Of a DNA stretch of 64,000 nt, positions 1-12,050 are shown piece after piece. The notes under the pieces are model-generated. The model did not search any database. It saw only the letters and a program-made list of their open reading frames with translations, and was not told where the DNA came from. Origin of the DNA: Octopus sinensis (lineage: Eukaryota). Within the stretch, counting starts at the first letter, position 1. The number at the start of each line of letters is the position of its first letter. Location of the stretch: NCBI RefSeq assembly GCF_006345805.1, contig NC_043013.1, forward strand, positions 34,596,001 through 34,660,000. Reading direction: 5' to 3'. Made by a program: the position numbers and the translations under genes.

Positions 1-100
1 TTCGCTCAATAAACACTCACGATGCCCAGTCTGGGAATCGAAACCGCGATCCTACGACCGCGAGTCTGCTGCCCTAACCACTGGGCCATTGCGCCTCCAC
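1..100 (-). mobile_element. tRNA-derived SINE head (family S4), truncated by window edge
   Basis: Minus strand reads GTGGAGGCGCAATGGCCCAGTGGTTAGGGCAGC...GGTTTCGATTCCCAGACTGGGC, with Pol III A-box and B-box-like motifs and no tRNA 3' acceptor stem. A related copy lies at about 21090-21262. Confidence 0.7.
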
Positions 101-179
101 ACATACATATATATATATGCATATATATATATATGTGTGTGTGTGTGTATGTATATATATGCACATATATACATATATA

Positions 180-211
<32 letters not shown>

Positions 212-717
212 ATATACACACACACACATGACAGGCTCCTTTCAGTTTCCATCTACCAAATTCACTCACAGGACTTTGGTCAGCCTGAGGCTATAGTAGA
301 AGACACTTGCTGTAGATGCCACGCAATGGGACTGAACCTGGAACTGTGTGGTTGGAAAGCAAGCTTCTCACCCCACACAGACACTCCTGCACCTATTCAT
401 TATTATTATTAGTAGTAGTATTATCATTATTAATATTATATACACATGAATTCCAAAAATGATACAAGCATTTCATCACTGTACACATTTGATTAAGCAT
501 GTGTACTATTTAAAGGTATAAGAAAAAGGGTGATGGTTTTAACAAAATTTCCCAATTTCTAGAAATTGAAATTATGTCCAATTCTCTAGATATTCCAAAT
601 ATTGTCACTCACTTTCTTTCATACTCTTAATAAATTCTTTTATGCCTGCACTTTTGAGTATAAAAGCACCAGAAATACACACATATACAATCACACATGT
701 ATGTTCATATATCTATA

Positions 718-761
<44 letters not shown>

Positions 762-1440
762 ACATAAACCGAAACTATATATGTATGTGTGTCTTGGATG
801 TGCATGGTGTAGAAGGGTATGAATGCACATAGAAATGTGTGTGTGTGGTGGGGAGAGTAGGTGTGCTTTTGTCCATGCATGTGTTTACCTCCAATTCTTC
901 ATCAAGTATACAAACATACTGAGCTTTCAGCAGATTAACAAAGATTTATTTAAATTTTTCTATAATAAAACTTAAAACACACATGACAAACATTCAATTC
1001 TCTGGGTTAAATCTTCAATGAAAGCAGATAGAAAATAATATATAATTTTAAAGTATCTACCTACCAACATATATACATATACCAACATATATATATATAT
1101 ATATATATGTATGTATATACCAACATAAATATATAGCTCTCTCTCATATATATATATATATATATCAGTGTGTGCATATGCATGTGTGTGTGTGTGTGAA
1201 TGTATGTTTGAAGGAATCTGTGCATGCAAAACAAATAATGTATTTTTATGTAATTACAATAATGCATAAAGATGTTTGTAAACATTTTATGTGTGTATAT
1301 ATGTATACGTTGGTACCTGTGTGTATGTGTGTATGTATGAATATATGTGTGTGTGTGTATGTATATGTATGTATGGATATATGTGTATGTATATATATAT
1401 ATATATGTGTGTGTGTGTATGTGTGCATACACACACATAC

Positions 1441-1471
<31 letters not shown>

Positions 1472-1633
1472 GGTTTATATATGCAATTATCATCCTATAA
1501 TGTCCCTTTACAATGGTGGCATGAGTTGGATAGTTTGATAGGATCCGATGAACTGCAGAACTCTTTCAATCTCCAATGCCAACTTAGCCATTGATTCTGC
1601 CTGCACATGTAACTAGTCATACATGTACGTGTA

Positions 1634-1995
1634 TACTCTTTTACTCTTTTACTTGTTTCAGTCATTTGACTGCGGCCATGCTGGAGCACCGCCTTTAGTC
1701 GAGCAAATCGACTCTGGGACTTATTCTTTGTAAGCCCAGTACTTATTCTATCGGTCTATTTTGCCAAACCGCTAAGTGACGGGGACGTATACACACCAGC
1801 ATCGGTTGTCAAGCAATGCTAGGGGGACAAACACAAACACACAAACACATATATATATATACATATATACGACAGGCTTCTTTCAGTTTCCGTCTACCAA
1901 ATCCACTCACAAGGCATTGGTCGGCCCGAAGCTATAGCAAAAGACACTTGCCCAAGATGCCACACAGTGGTACTGAATCCGGAACCACACAGCCA
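1634..1995 (-). mobile_element. Long SINE family S1 (tRNA-like head, internal (TA)n/(TG)n, conserved 3' body ending GACTGAAACAAGTAAAAGAGTA)
   Basis: Reverse complement of the copies at 13091, 26167, 32497, 40831 and 45392. Boundaries approximate. Confidence 0.8.
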
Positions 1996-2026
1996 CTCCT
2001 GCGCCTATTATATATATATATATGTA

Positions 2027-2655
2027 TAGGGTGTGATGAGTAAATTGTTGCTATTTTATATTTTTAATTTCGTGCATGCTCTATCTTGGTTTTTGATTTT
2101 GTCAACTACACAGTATAATAAGGTCAGTTGGGCACTGTCTGTGAGAAAAACAGCAACATGATGCAATCCACTTTGCCAGAAATTTGGAGATGACATGCTG
2201 TATTGCTTGGCATCCATGCAAGAAGCTCCAATATGAACATTTCAGAGTGTCGGGACGTCGATCTGAGGACAGTGTAATCTGAGGACATGTATCAAGAGTG
2301 ATAAAAACCAAACATCATGATGTTTGGCATGATAACTGGTGATGGCAACGTTATGCCTCCAGTCATCTTCCCACACGACCTCAGACTCAACACGGAGGCC
2401 TACATCAAGTGCCTGGAAGAGGTAGAGCTGCTCTGAGTCAAGAGTTTGGCTGCTGGAAGGACCCTGTGTCTGGCACCAAGACTCTGCACCACGCCACACA
2501 AGCAGAAGAACCCAGTCATGGCTGTCAGACTATTTCTGTGACTGCATCACACCTAACATCGATTGCCTAACTCCTTAGATTGCAACCCCCTTGGTTATTA
2601 TGTTGTGGGTGCAGTTCAGTGAGAGGCCAACAAAACTCCTTGTAACACAAATAAT
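2027..2655 (+). mobile_element. Tc1/mariner DD37D (maT-type) transposon, internally deleted and decayed
   Basis: Broken frames give ...GDGNVMPPVIFPHDLRLNTEAYIKCLEEV...QDSAPRHTSRRTQSWLSDYFCDCITPNI..PNSLDCNPL.YYVVGAV. Reconstructed D-to-D spacing is 37. It starts with a TIR-like TAGGGTGTGATGAGTAAATTG. A second copy lies at 23085-23755. Confidence 0.8.
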
Positions 2656-3013
2656 GACCAGACTATAATACCCCACTCATACACACACACACACACACAC
2701 TTATGTAGTCCTGCATTGGCAACAGCAAAAGACTGTCTGCTAAATCTACACACATGGCTGAACAAACCCTTGTGATTGGATTTGGTAGATGGAAACTGTA
2801 ATAAGCTCATTATATATGTATATATATGATAGGATTCTGTACAGTTTCATTCAACTGCTTTCACTATAAAGGAAGAGTTCTACCCAAAGCTAGAGCAGGA
2901 CACATCCAAGGTGCCTCAAAGTAAAAGGAGGGCCAAATCTATGAAGTTATGTTGCAAACTTTATTATTGCACAACTATGCCTGTGCAAACTTGTGGACAC
3001 ACAAATATACAGA

Positions 3014-3465
3014 TGTATGTATGTATGTATGTATGTATGTATGTATGTATGTATGTATGTATGTATGTATGTATGTATGTATGTATGTATGTATGTATGT
3101 ATGTATGTCACAGTTCAGGTTTATTTCAAAATTTCTTGATAGTAGAGAAAAAGTCAGTTTCTAACCAAGATCCAAGTCTCCTTCATTGGAATTTCAACAG
3201 AGTACTTTTGCATGTATGTATGTAAATATATGTGCAGATTTGTTTGTTTTGCTTTATGTATGTCTTCTCATGCATATAGTTGCATATCTAGCCATGCTCA
3301 TATATACTTAAATGATAAACTTCGGGAAAGTTTTACAGATTTTTCCAGTTCCAGTGATGGATTGGATCTATAGTCTTCAAATCAGCTTTCTCCTTTCTGA
3401 TTTTGAGAAGCCTATTTCCTCAAGATTGGTATTTAGGCAACGTGTTATATATCCCAGGGCCCCAA
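3014..3465 (-). mobile_element. 3' fragment of an RLE (R4/Dong-like) non-LTR retroelement with (CATA)n tail
   Basis: Reverse complement of 15790-16270. It encodes GALGYITRCLNTNLEEIGFSKSERRKLI.RL.IQSITGTGKICKTF. It is bounded by (ATGT)n at 3014-3106 and CATACAT at the 5' junction. Confidence 0.75.
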
Positions 3466-3827
3466 TGTATGTATATATATAAGTAATGTAATGCTTGTAT
3501 GTTAATATGTATATATTTAAGTATGTATGTAATGTATGTATATATGTAAAGTATGTGTGTATGAAAGTAGTTCTTGTGTAACTGTAATGGGTTAGATTAT
3601 ATATATATATATAATATATATATATATAATATATATATATATATATGTATGTATATAAATGTACACAGAAGTTCGATCTTAAATGATGATAATGATGTAT
3701 GCTTGTGTGTGAGCTTGTATATAATATTCCATGCTAGCATGAGTTGGACAATATATGTATAAGCATGTATATGTTTGTGTATGTGTGTGTGTATGCAGAC
3801 ATAATATATATATATTTTATTAATTCA

Positions 3828-3885
<58 letters not shown>

Positions 3886-5301
3886 GAGAGAGAGAGAGAA
3901 AGAAAGATAAAAAGAGAGAGCTTGTGAGAAAATACATACAAACATATATATAGAAATATATCTCTATACGAAACATTACAACTTAGATTAATAAATTTTG
4001 AAGATTTAGGTTAAGTCTGTTGACACACTACATTTCTTATCTTCCTATCTACATGCGCATAACATACATGGCATGGTGAATCTCATGGTCAATGCAACCA
4101 TCTAGATGCATCATCTCTGCACCGGCATTCTCTTGTAGAATTATATTTTTAAATGTTAATCATAATCCCCTTTTCTACGAGTCATTTCCATTAACAGTGA
4201 ATATGTCCAGATATTTGACAGGGTCTTCTCCTCTTGGATAACAAAGTCTTTCACATTCAGTGATTCTTAAAATCAAACACCATTTTTGTCCTCTGGTAGC
4301 TTTAACATTACTGTAGTTACTTTTGTTGTTATTGTTGTTGTTGTTGTTGTTAGTGATGGTGGTGGTGGTTCTAGGGTGGTTGGGGATCGCAGTCATTACT
4401 GTTGTTGTTGTTGTTGTTGTGTTTGTGGTTTTGTTTGTTTGCTTTTTGTTATAGTTGTGTCAGTTGATGAAGTGGTTTTTGTCCTTGTTCTTGATGTTCT
4501 TGTGCTTGTCGTTGTTGTTATATACCAGCATCTAATCTGGATTAACCTGCTTTGCTTCTTCAGAAAGATGAAGCAAAAATTTTTCTTTTCTCCATCAAAG
4601 ATTAAAATATATGTACGTATGCAAACACACGTGTACAAATATACATATACACATTAAATACACACAGACACACACACACCAATTCAAACACACACACACA
4701 CACACACACTTTCTGTATGTGTATGTATACATAGAAAGAGTGAAATATACAGAGACACCTATACATACACAAGAATATAGATGATGAGATAAACTGTCTA
4801 TGCAGATACACATTTGCATAAATGTATGTGTACATAGTACATGCATGTGTGTGTATTTTTGTGTGGGTGTGTTTAAATGTATATTTGTATGTATATATGC
4901 CTGTGTGCTTGTGGGTGTGTATGTAGCAGGCAAATGCATTTCGTAATGTTAATATTGACAAAATGCAGTTCAAGTGATTCCATATTGAAACACAAGAACT
5001 TTTAGATGGAAGACATATATATACTAAAAATGAAATACTTATAGGAAAGAGATTGTCAAGAATAATCTAAAAGTATACATATATATATATATGTATACAT
5101 ATGTATGTGTATATATATATATATATGTACGTATGTGTATATATGTATGTATGTATGTATGTGTGTGTATATATATATATATGTATATACATATGTATGT
5201 GTATATATATATATGTATATACATATGTATGCATATGTATATGTATATGTATATACATATGTATGCATATGTATATGTATATGTATATATATATATACAT
5301 A

Positions 5302-5350
<49 letters not shown>

Positions 5351-5409
5351 GTATGCATATGTATATGTATATATGTATACATATATATGTGCACACATAT
5401 ATATACATA

Positions 5410-5455
<46 letters not shown>

Positions 5456-5482
5456 ATGCATATATATCTATGTGTGTATGTG

Positions 5483-5503
5483 CAGATAGATAGATAGATA
5501 GAC

Positions 5504-5538
<35 letters not shown>

Positions 5539-5545
5539 GATAGAC

Positions 5546-5635
<90 letters not shown>

Positions 5636-5700
5636 GTAGATCGATAGATAAACAGAATAACATACCTACATACAGATAGACAGATAGATCAGAGAGATAG
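5483..5700. repeat. (GATA)n microsatellite after a long (TA)n/(TATG)n tract
   Basis: Read directly from the sequence. Confidence 0.95.
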
Positions 5701-6008
5701 ACAAACAAATACATGTGCCACACAGACCGATAAATAAATTGCTAGATACATACACATAGGCATAATTTCATTAATTTTATTCTGAATATATATTTCATTA
5801 GTACCATATCGTTTATATTCTTTCTGTGAATCATTCAGTTATTCTATTTCCAGTTTTTTTGGCTCCATTATATTGAGTTGTTTGCTTATTAATTTCATAT
5901 TCATATCTTCTTTTTATTTAATTTGTTTCATCAAATTCAACATGCACACACAAACACATAAACATACAAACACACATGCATACACAGAAATATATATATA
6001 TATTTATA

Positions 6009-6218
6009 ATTATAACAATAATTAAGGGTTTAGCAACAAGTTGCTTCACCACATACCGAAAATTTAGAAATAGCAGCCAAAAGACTTATTTCTTTTCACT
6101 ACAAAATATGACTCCACAGATAAACATATCTGAGTTACAGATATGGTTATCTGCTATTTCTAAATTTTCAGTATGCGGTGAAGCAACTTGTTGCTAAACC
6201 ATTAATTATTGTTATAAT
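6009..6218. mobile_element. MITE/foldback with arms of about 68 bp
   Basis: 6009-6076 (ATTATAACAATAATTAAGGGTTTAGCAACAAGTTGCTTCACC...AAATAGCAG) is the reverse complement of 6151-6218 with about 3 mismatches. The spacer is about 75 bp. Confidence 0.75.
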
Positions 6219-6614
6219 CTTTATATATAAAAGTGAAGTTGTGTGTCTGTCTCCTACTATTTAGATTCCTAACTACTCCCACATTTTGCGGTGCAGTGTA
6301 ACCAAAAGCGGGTATCTTAGAGTTGAGATTCATATCGAGCCCTTCTGGGTATTAGTGCGCGTCTACGATGAGTCTACGATTTAAAAAAAAAATTACCATC
6401 ATTTTTTCCCATTTTTAATGCATTTTTTTTTGCTATTATATAAGGGAAGTAACTCTCTAAAAATGTATTATTAAATCTCAGAACGTAAAAAGCTACAGTA
6501 ACACCCCCCTTTGTGGTTAGCCATATTGAGATGGCTATTATACTTTACATCTCTAAAATTGCTTGTATAGTTATTTCCCTTACAAACCCAAGCAACGCTG
6601 GGCGATACTGCTAG
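6218..6614 (+). mobile_element. Non-autonomous Helitron
   Basis: A|TCTTTATATATAAAA...GCAACGCTGGGCGATACTGCTAG|T shows a 5' TC, a GC-rich subterminal motif, a 3' CTAG, an A|T target and no TSD. A second copy lies at 9551-10322. Confidence 0.8.
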
Positions 6615-6771
6615 TTATATATAAGAAAGACTTCTTGTATAAGTTTTTATCGAATATGGTTATTTTCCATACTGAAATGACTTGGTAAAATTTATTATTA
6701 AATTAATAATTTTTTATCCTATATCTATATATGTGTGTGTGTGTGTGTGTGCCTAATGCTGGAGTCAAGTA

Positions 6772-6975
6772 ATTGGCATCTGTGCTGGTGGCATGTTAAA
6801 AGCACTCATTACACTCTCTGGAGTGGTTGGCATTAGGAAGGGCATCCAGCCATAGAAACCATGTCAAATCAGATTAGAACCTGGTGTAGCTCTCCAGCTT
6901 ACCAGTTTCAGTCAAACCATCTAACCCAGGCCGGCATGGAAAACAGATGCTAAATAGTGATGATGATGATGATAA
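6772..6975 (+). mobile_element. SINE-like family S2 with (ATG)n tail
   Basis: Shares the body GAGTGGTTGGCATTAGGAAGGGCATCCAGC...GCATGGAAAA...ATGATGATG with at least 7 other copies in the window. Confidence 0.75.
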
Positions 6976-7153
6976 TGTATATATATATATAGGTGCAGGC
7001 ATGGCTGTGTGGTAAGAACCTTACTTCCCAACAACATGGTTGTAGGTTCAGTCCTAGTGTGTGGCACCTTGGGCAAGTATTTTGTATTATAGCTTCAGGC
7101 TAACCAAAGCCTTGTGAGTGGATTTGGAAGACAGAAACTGAAAGAAGCCTGTC

Positions 7154-7193
<40 letters not shown>

Positions 7194-8473
7194 ATAATAT
7201 TATGGAATATTATTCCAAACTTACAGGGAAAATCTCAATTTAGAAATACTAAATAAAATTTCACAAAATATAATATATAAATTAGAAAAAAAAAATCACC
7301 TTTTATCAATTCAACAATGAAAAAATTAAATTGTGCAAGGTGCCACACAGTGGGAGTGAATCCAGAACCATATGGTTGGAAAGCAAGCTTCTTACCACAC
7401 AATCTTTTAGCATTTACCTTTTACTTGTTTGGGTCGGTTGACAGTGGCCATGCTGGGCCATCACTTTAAAGGATTTTTAGTTGATTGATGAGACCCAGTA
7501 CTGTTTTTTTTTGTTTTCTTGCAAGCGAGGTACTTATTCTATTGGTCTCTTTTGCTGAACTGCGAAGTTAGAGAGATGCAAACACAATAATTGTTAAGCA
7601 GTGGTAGGGGAGTCCTCAGACACAAAGAAACACACACACAGAGTTAGATAGATGGGTAGATGGATGGATGGATGGATGGATAGATAGACATGTTTCTTTC
7701 AATTTCCATCTACTGAATCCAATCACAAGACTTTGGTCAGTTTGGGGCAATAGTTGAAGACATTTACCCAAGGTGCCACACAGTGGGACTGAACCCAGAA
7801 CAATGTAGCTCTGATACAAACTTCTTACCACACAGCCACACCTGCATCTATAACCAGCGGTTGATCTGGACCACAGAACAGCCTGCTCATGAAATTAATG
7901 TGCAAGTGGATGTGCACTGCACAGACATACAAACCCTTAATGTAGATGTTAGGGAGATTCAGCCTAACACAAGAGTATGACAGGGGTGACCCTTTGAAAT
8001 ACAGATACAGCTCAATTTTGCCAGCTGAATGGACTGGAGCAAGGGGGAATCAAGTTTCTTGCTCAAAGACACAATGCACTGCAAAGAATCAAACTTGCAA
8101 TCTTATGATCATGAGTGAACACCCTAACCACTAAGCTGTGCTCCTTCACCATATATATGTGTGTATGAGTGTGTACATATGTAATTCAAGTCCTTATGTA
8201 ATTTGAGTCCTGCAAGTAGCTTTCTGCAATTTTACCAATCGCAGAGCTTTTTTTTTAATCCTATATATTATGGTGCTATTACTTATACCTGGATTCACAT
8301 ATGACATACAATCCTTATAAAAGAAACTTATATACATATTTCTTAATGTGTATATATTTAAATCCTAAATGTAAACAGACTTAAACAAACATTTTCCATA
8401 ACAATGGAGGAAATAGATTGTATAAACATTTTTCTTTCATATATATGTATGTATATATATATGTATATATATA

Positions 8474-8517
<44 letters not shown>

Positions 8518-8518
<1 letters not shown>

Positions 8519-8709
8519 AAATAATATGTGACAATTATTCAATAGCCAAGATAAAACTCTGAGTTTTGGATGCCGAGGTGGAAATCCACAACACCATCTT
8601 TCGGTTATCTGGCCAGATAACCGAAGAGATGGTGTTGTGGAATTTCCACCTCGGCATCCAAAACTCAGAGTTTTATCTTGGCTATTGAATAATTGTCACA
8701 TATTATTTT
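8518..8709. repeat. Near-perfect spacerless palindrome (95/97-bp arms), each arm carrying a degenerate hammerhead-like motif (family HH3)
   Basis: The centre lies between 8612 and 8613 (GGTTATCTGG|CCAGATAACC). The arms differ by two 1-bp indels. Confidence 0.9.
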
Positions 8710-8795
8710 ACAGATAAATTTCCTCTATTTACATAATATTGAAGTCTCTTTCTTTCTTTTGTTATCTTACCATTTTTACCAATATATATATATAT

Positions 8796-9007
8796 AGTAA
8801 ATCCACCAAAAAGGAAGAACAAACACAAAAAAGCAACATCGTGAGGATGTGGTACATGTAAAGTATTAGCTGATGCTCGGGGAAGGAAAGAAGGGTAGTT
8901 TTATGTCTTGAGCAAAGCTCTTCTTCAGAAACAGCAGACAGAGGAAAGTCCAAAAGAAAAGGAAGATGGAGGAAAAAAAAATCACTAACGATTCACATTT
9001 GGTTACA
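8796..9007 (-). mobile_element. Penelope-like pLTR or retrozyme-like unit of about 210 bp (family HH2) with a decayed hammerhead at 8898-8932
   Basis: Homologous to 59101-59310. Minus strand reads GTTT-CTGAAGA-A-GAGC-TTT-GCTC-AAGA-CATA-AAAC (GAAA core mutated). Flanked by (TA)n. Confidence 0.65.
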
Positions 9008-9020
9008 ACATATATATATA

Positions 9021-9493
9021 TTTATTACAACAAAAGTTTATATCTTGGACATAGAGTTACTCAAGGTATTGCACCCACAAAGCTAAAACCTTGTGGACAG
9101 CTCGTCAGACTATATAAAATTAATCATCGTCGTCATCATCATCATTTAATGTCTGTTTTCCATGCAGTCATGGGTTGGATGGTCTGACAAGAGTTAGCAA
9201 GTCAGTGGACTGTACCAAACTCCACTGTCTGATTACGCAAGATAAGCACTTTACAGATATTTATTTTCTTATTCTTTTTTTTTATCCCTCTGCTTAAGGG
9301 TAAATAACCCATACCTATTAACGTTTTTTTTCGGATTCCTTGAATTCTGAGCATTTCCTCATGTCTGCAACGTAAATATTTTAAAATTTTGTATTTATAT
9401 AGAATCTGACGAGCTGTCCACAAGGCTTTAATTTTGTGGGTGCGAAACCCTGAGTAACTCTATGTCTAAGATATAAAATTTTGTTGTAATAAT
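9021..9493. mobile_element. Penelope-like fragment with inverted duplicated end (family HH4)
   Basis: 9021-9118 is the reverse complement of 9392-9493. Both arms carry a hammerhead motif. An S2 fragment lies between them at about 9120-9230. Confidence 0.65.
9399..9463 (+). ncRNA. Type I hammerhead ribozyme motif, core intact (HH4)
   Basis: ATAGAAT-CTGACGA-GC.CCACAAG..TTTTGTGG.GC-GAAA-CCCTGA-GTA-ACTCTAT: stem I 6/7 paired, CUGANGA and GAAA intact, GUA cleavage triplet, minimal stem III. Folded by eye. Confidence 0.75.
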
Positions 9494-9550
9494 TACTGCT
9501 CTATATTTTTAGAGTGTGCTTCTGTCTGATACATATTTTTTTATTAACTA

Positions 9551-10322
9551 CTAGCAGTATCGCCCGGCGTTGCTTGGGTTTGTAAGGGAAATAACTATCA
9601 TCATCATCATCATCATCATTTAGCGTCCGTTTTCCATGCTAGCATGGGTTGGACGGTTCTACTGGGTCTGTGAAAGCCAGAAGGCTTCATCAGGCCAGTC
9701 AAATCTGGCAGTGTTTCTACCGGCTGGATGCCCTTCCAACGCAACCCACTCCGTGGTGTAGTGGGTGCTTTTTACGTGCACCCGCACTGTATATATAATG
9801 TGTGGTATATATATATATATCTATTTTATAGAGAGAAGAGAGAGAGAGAGAGATGACTTAATAAAAGATATATAATTATGTCTGCATACACACACACATC
9901 ACATAAACATATCTGCTTAACATATATTGTCCAACTCATGCTAGCGGGAATATTATATACAAATTAAAACTATATAAGCATTTTTAGAGATGTAATGTAT
10001 AATAGTCATCTCAATATGGCTAACCACAAAGGGGGTGGTGTTACTGTAGCTTTTTACATTCTGAGATTTACTAATAAATTTTTAGAGAGTTACTTCCCTT
10101 ATATATGCCAAAAATGCATTAAAAATGGGAAAAATTGATGGTAAATTTTTTTTTAAATCGTCGACTCATCGTAGACATGCGCTAATACCCAGAAGGGCTC
10201 GATACGAATCACGACTATAAGATACCCGCTTTTGGTTAAACTGCACCGCAAAATGTGGGAGTAGTTAGGAATCTAAATCGTAAGAGACAGACAGCACACA
10301 ACCTCACTTTTATATATAAAGA
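9551..10322 (-). mobile_element. Non-autonomous Helitron (second copy) interrupted by an insertion of about 375 bp (9599-9973)
   Basis: Reverse complement of 6218-6614 with TC/CTAG ends at an A|T site. AACTAT occurs on both sides of the insertion. Confidence 0.8.
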
Positions 10323-10370
10323 TATATATGTATATATATATATATATATAATGTATACATATATAATATA

Positions 10371-10422
<52 letters not shown>

Positions 10423-11010
10423 CAGAAACTTCTTTTGTTGAAAGTATTTTGTAGAAGCTGTTTTTTTTGGGGTTTTTTTTGGTTTAAAAATACAAGGTGA
10501 GAAAGGAAAGTAAATTTCCTGCCTTTTAAAAGGTAAATAAGTATAAATATCAATAAAATCAAAACTACAATAAAAAAAAAGAATTCTTCTCCTACCTTCT
10601 CTTGCTCTGATTATTCAGATTTGTAATTTCCCTATTTCTTCTGATTGCTTTTCTTATCTGAGATAATTTTGTCAAATTTCCAAAAAGACAAGATTTTTTT
10701 TTGCTGTAATTAAAAAAAGATAAATTTCCTGTTAAAATTTTGCACTGAATTTTCCCCAAATATTTCTATTTTTTCATTGTTGTTAATGTTATTGTTACTA
10801 AACAGATTAATTTCAATACCACATGCACTATAAATTCAGTAACATCTGTTAAATGAGCTGTTAAGTGATCTTCTGCATACTCACTTAACCTGTTCAACAT
10901 GGCAACCGCATCAGATTTATAATCATTATTATTATCATTATTAAGGTGGTAAGTGGGCAGAATTGTTAGCATGCTGTGTAAAATGTTCAACAGCATTTTG
11001 TCAATTTTTA

Positions 11011-11296
11011 CATGTGGCCGTTGCCAGCCTCGCCTGGCCCCGTGCCGGTGGCACGTAAAAAGCACCATCCGTCCATGGCCGTTTGCCAGCTCCGTCTGGC
11101 ACCTGTGCGGGTGGCACGTAAAAAGCACCCACTACACTCACGGAGTGGTTGGCATTAGGAAGGGCATCCAGCCTTAGAAACACTGCCAGATCAGACTGGG
11201 CCTGATGCAGCCTTCTGGCTTCACAGACCCCAGTTGAACCGTCCAACCCATGCTAGCATGGAAAGCGGACGCTAAATGATGATGATGATGATGATG
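11011..11296 (+). mobile_element. Young S2 copy inserted into an S3 SINE
   Basis: It retains CpGs and the tandem GGCACGTAAAAAGCACC subrepeats and has an (ATG)n tail. The S3 head is at 10945-11010 and S3 resumes at 11297. Confidence 0.8.
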
Positions 11297-12050
11297 AATT
11301 CAAATTCCACCAAGGTAGACATTTTTTTTCCATTCTTTTGGGGTTAATAAATTAATTAGGTACTAGTTGCACAACTAGGGTTGATCTAATCAACTGGCCC
11401 CCTCCCCTAAAATTTCGTGACTTGTGCCGAGAATAGAAAAGATTAGTGTTATCATTATTAACGTGGTAAGCTGGCAGAGTTGTTAGCATGCAGGGAAAAA
11501 TGCTCAGCAGCATTATGTCAATTTTTATGTTGTGAGTTCAAATCCTGCCGAGGTCAACTTTGCTTTTTATCTTTTTAGGGTCAATGAAATAAATACCAGT
11601 GGAGCATTTGGGTTGATTTGATTGACTAATCCCCTTCCCTCAAATTTCAGGCCTTGTTCCTATTGTAGAAAGGATCATTATCCTTAAAAAGGCAGCAAGC
11701 TGGCAGAATTGTTAGCATGCCAGGCAAAATGCTTTGAGGCATTTTGTCTGTTTTTACATTCTGAGTTCAAATTCCACCAAGGTTGACTTTGCTTTTCGTC
11801 CTCTTGGGGGTCGACAAATTAAAGTACCAGTGAAACACTGGGGTTGAAGCAATTGACTAGCCCCACCCTCATTCCAAATTTCAGGCCTTGTGCTTTAGTA
11901 GAAAGGATTATTATTGTTATCATTTTTTAAGGCAGTGAGCTGGTGGAATTGTTAGCACACTGGGCAAGATGCTTAGTGGCAGTTTGTCCCTCTTCATGTT
12001 CAGAGTTCAAATTCCACAGAGGTCAATTTTGCCTCTCATCCTTTTATCAA
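11297..12050 (+). mobile_element. Head-to-tail stack of S3 SINEs (tRNA-like head plus TTGCCTTTCATCC..GGGGTC.AT.AAAT.A.TACCAG central domain)
   Basis: Units at about 11297-11450, 11460-11680, 11688-11915 and 11928-12050, each ending in an ATT-rich tail. The central domain resembles the MetaSINE domain as I recall it (not verified). Confidence 0.75.

Noticed and set aside
4160-4310. Protein-like frames (RITECERLCYPRGEDPVKYLDIF; ESLNVKDFVIQEEK)
   Set aside because: Short, several frames are equally plausible, splice signals are weak, and there is no recognisable family.
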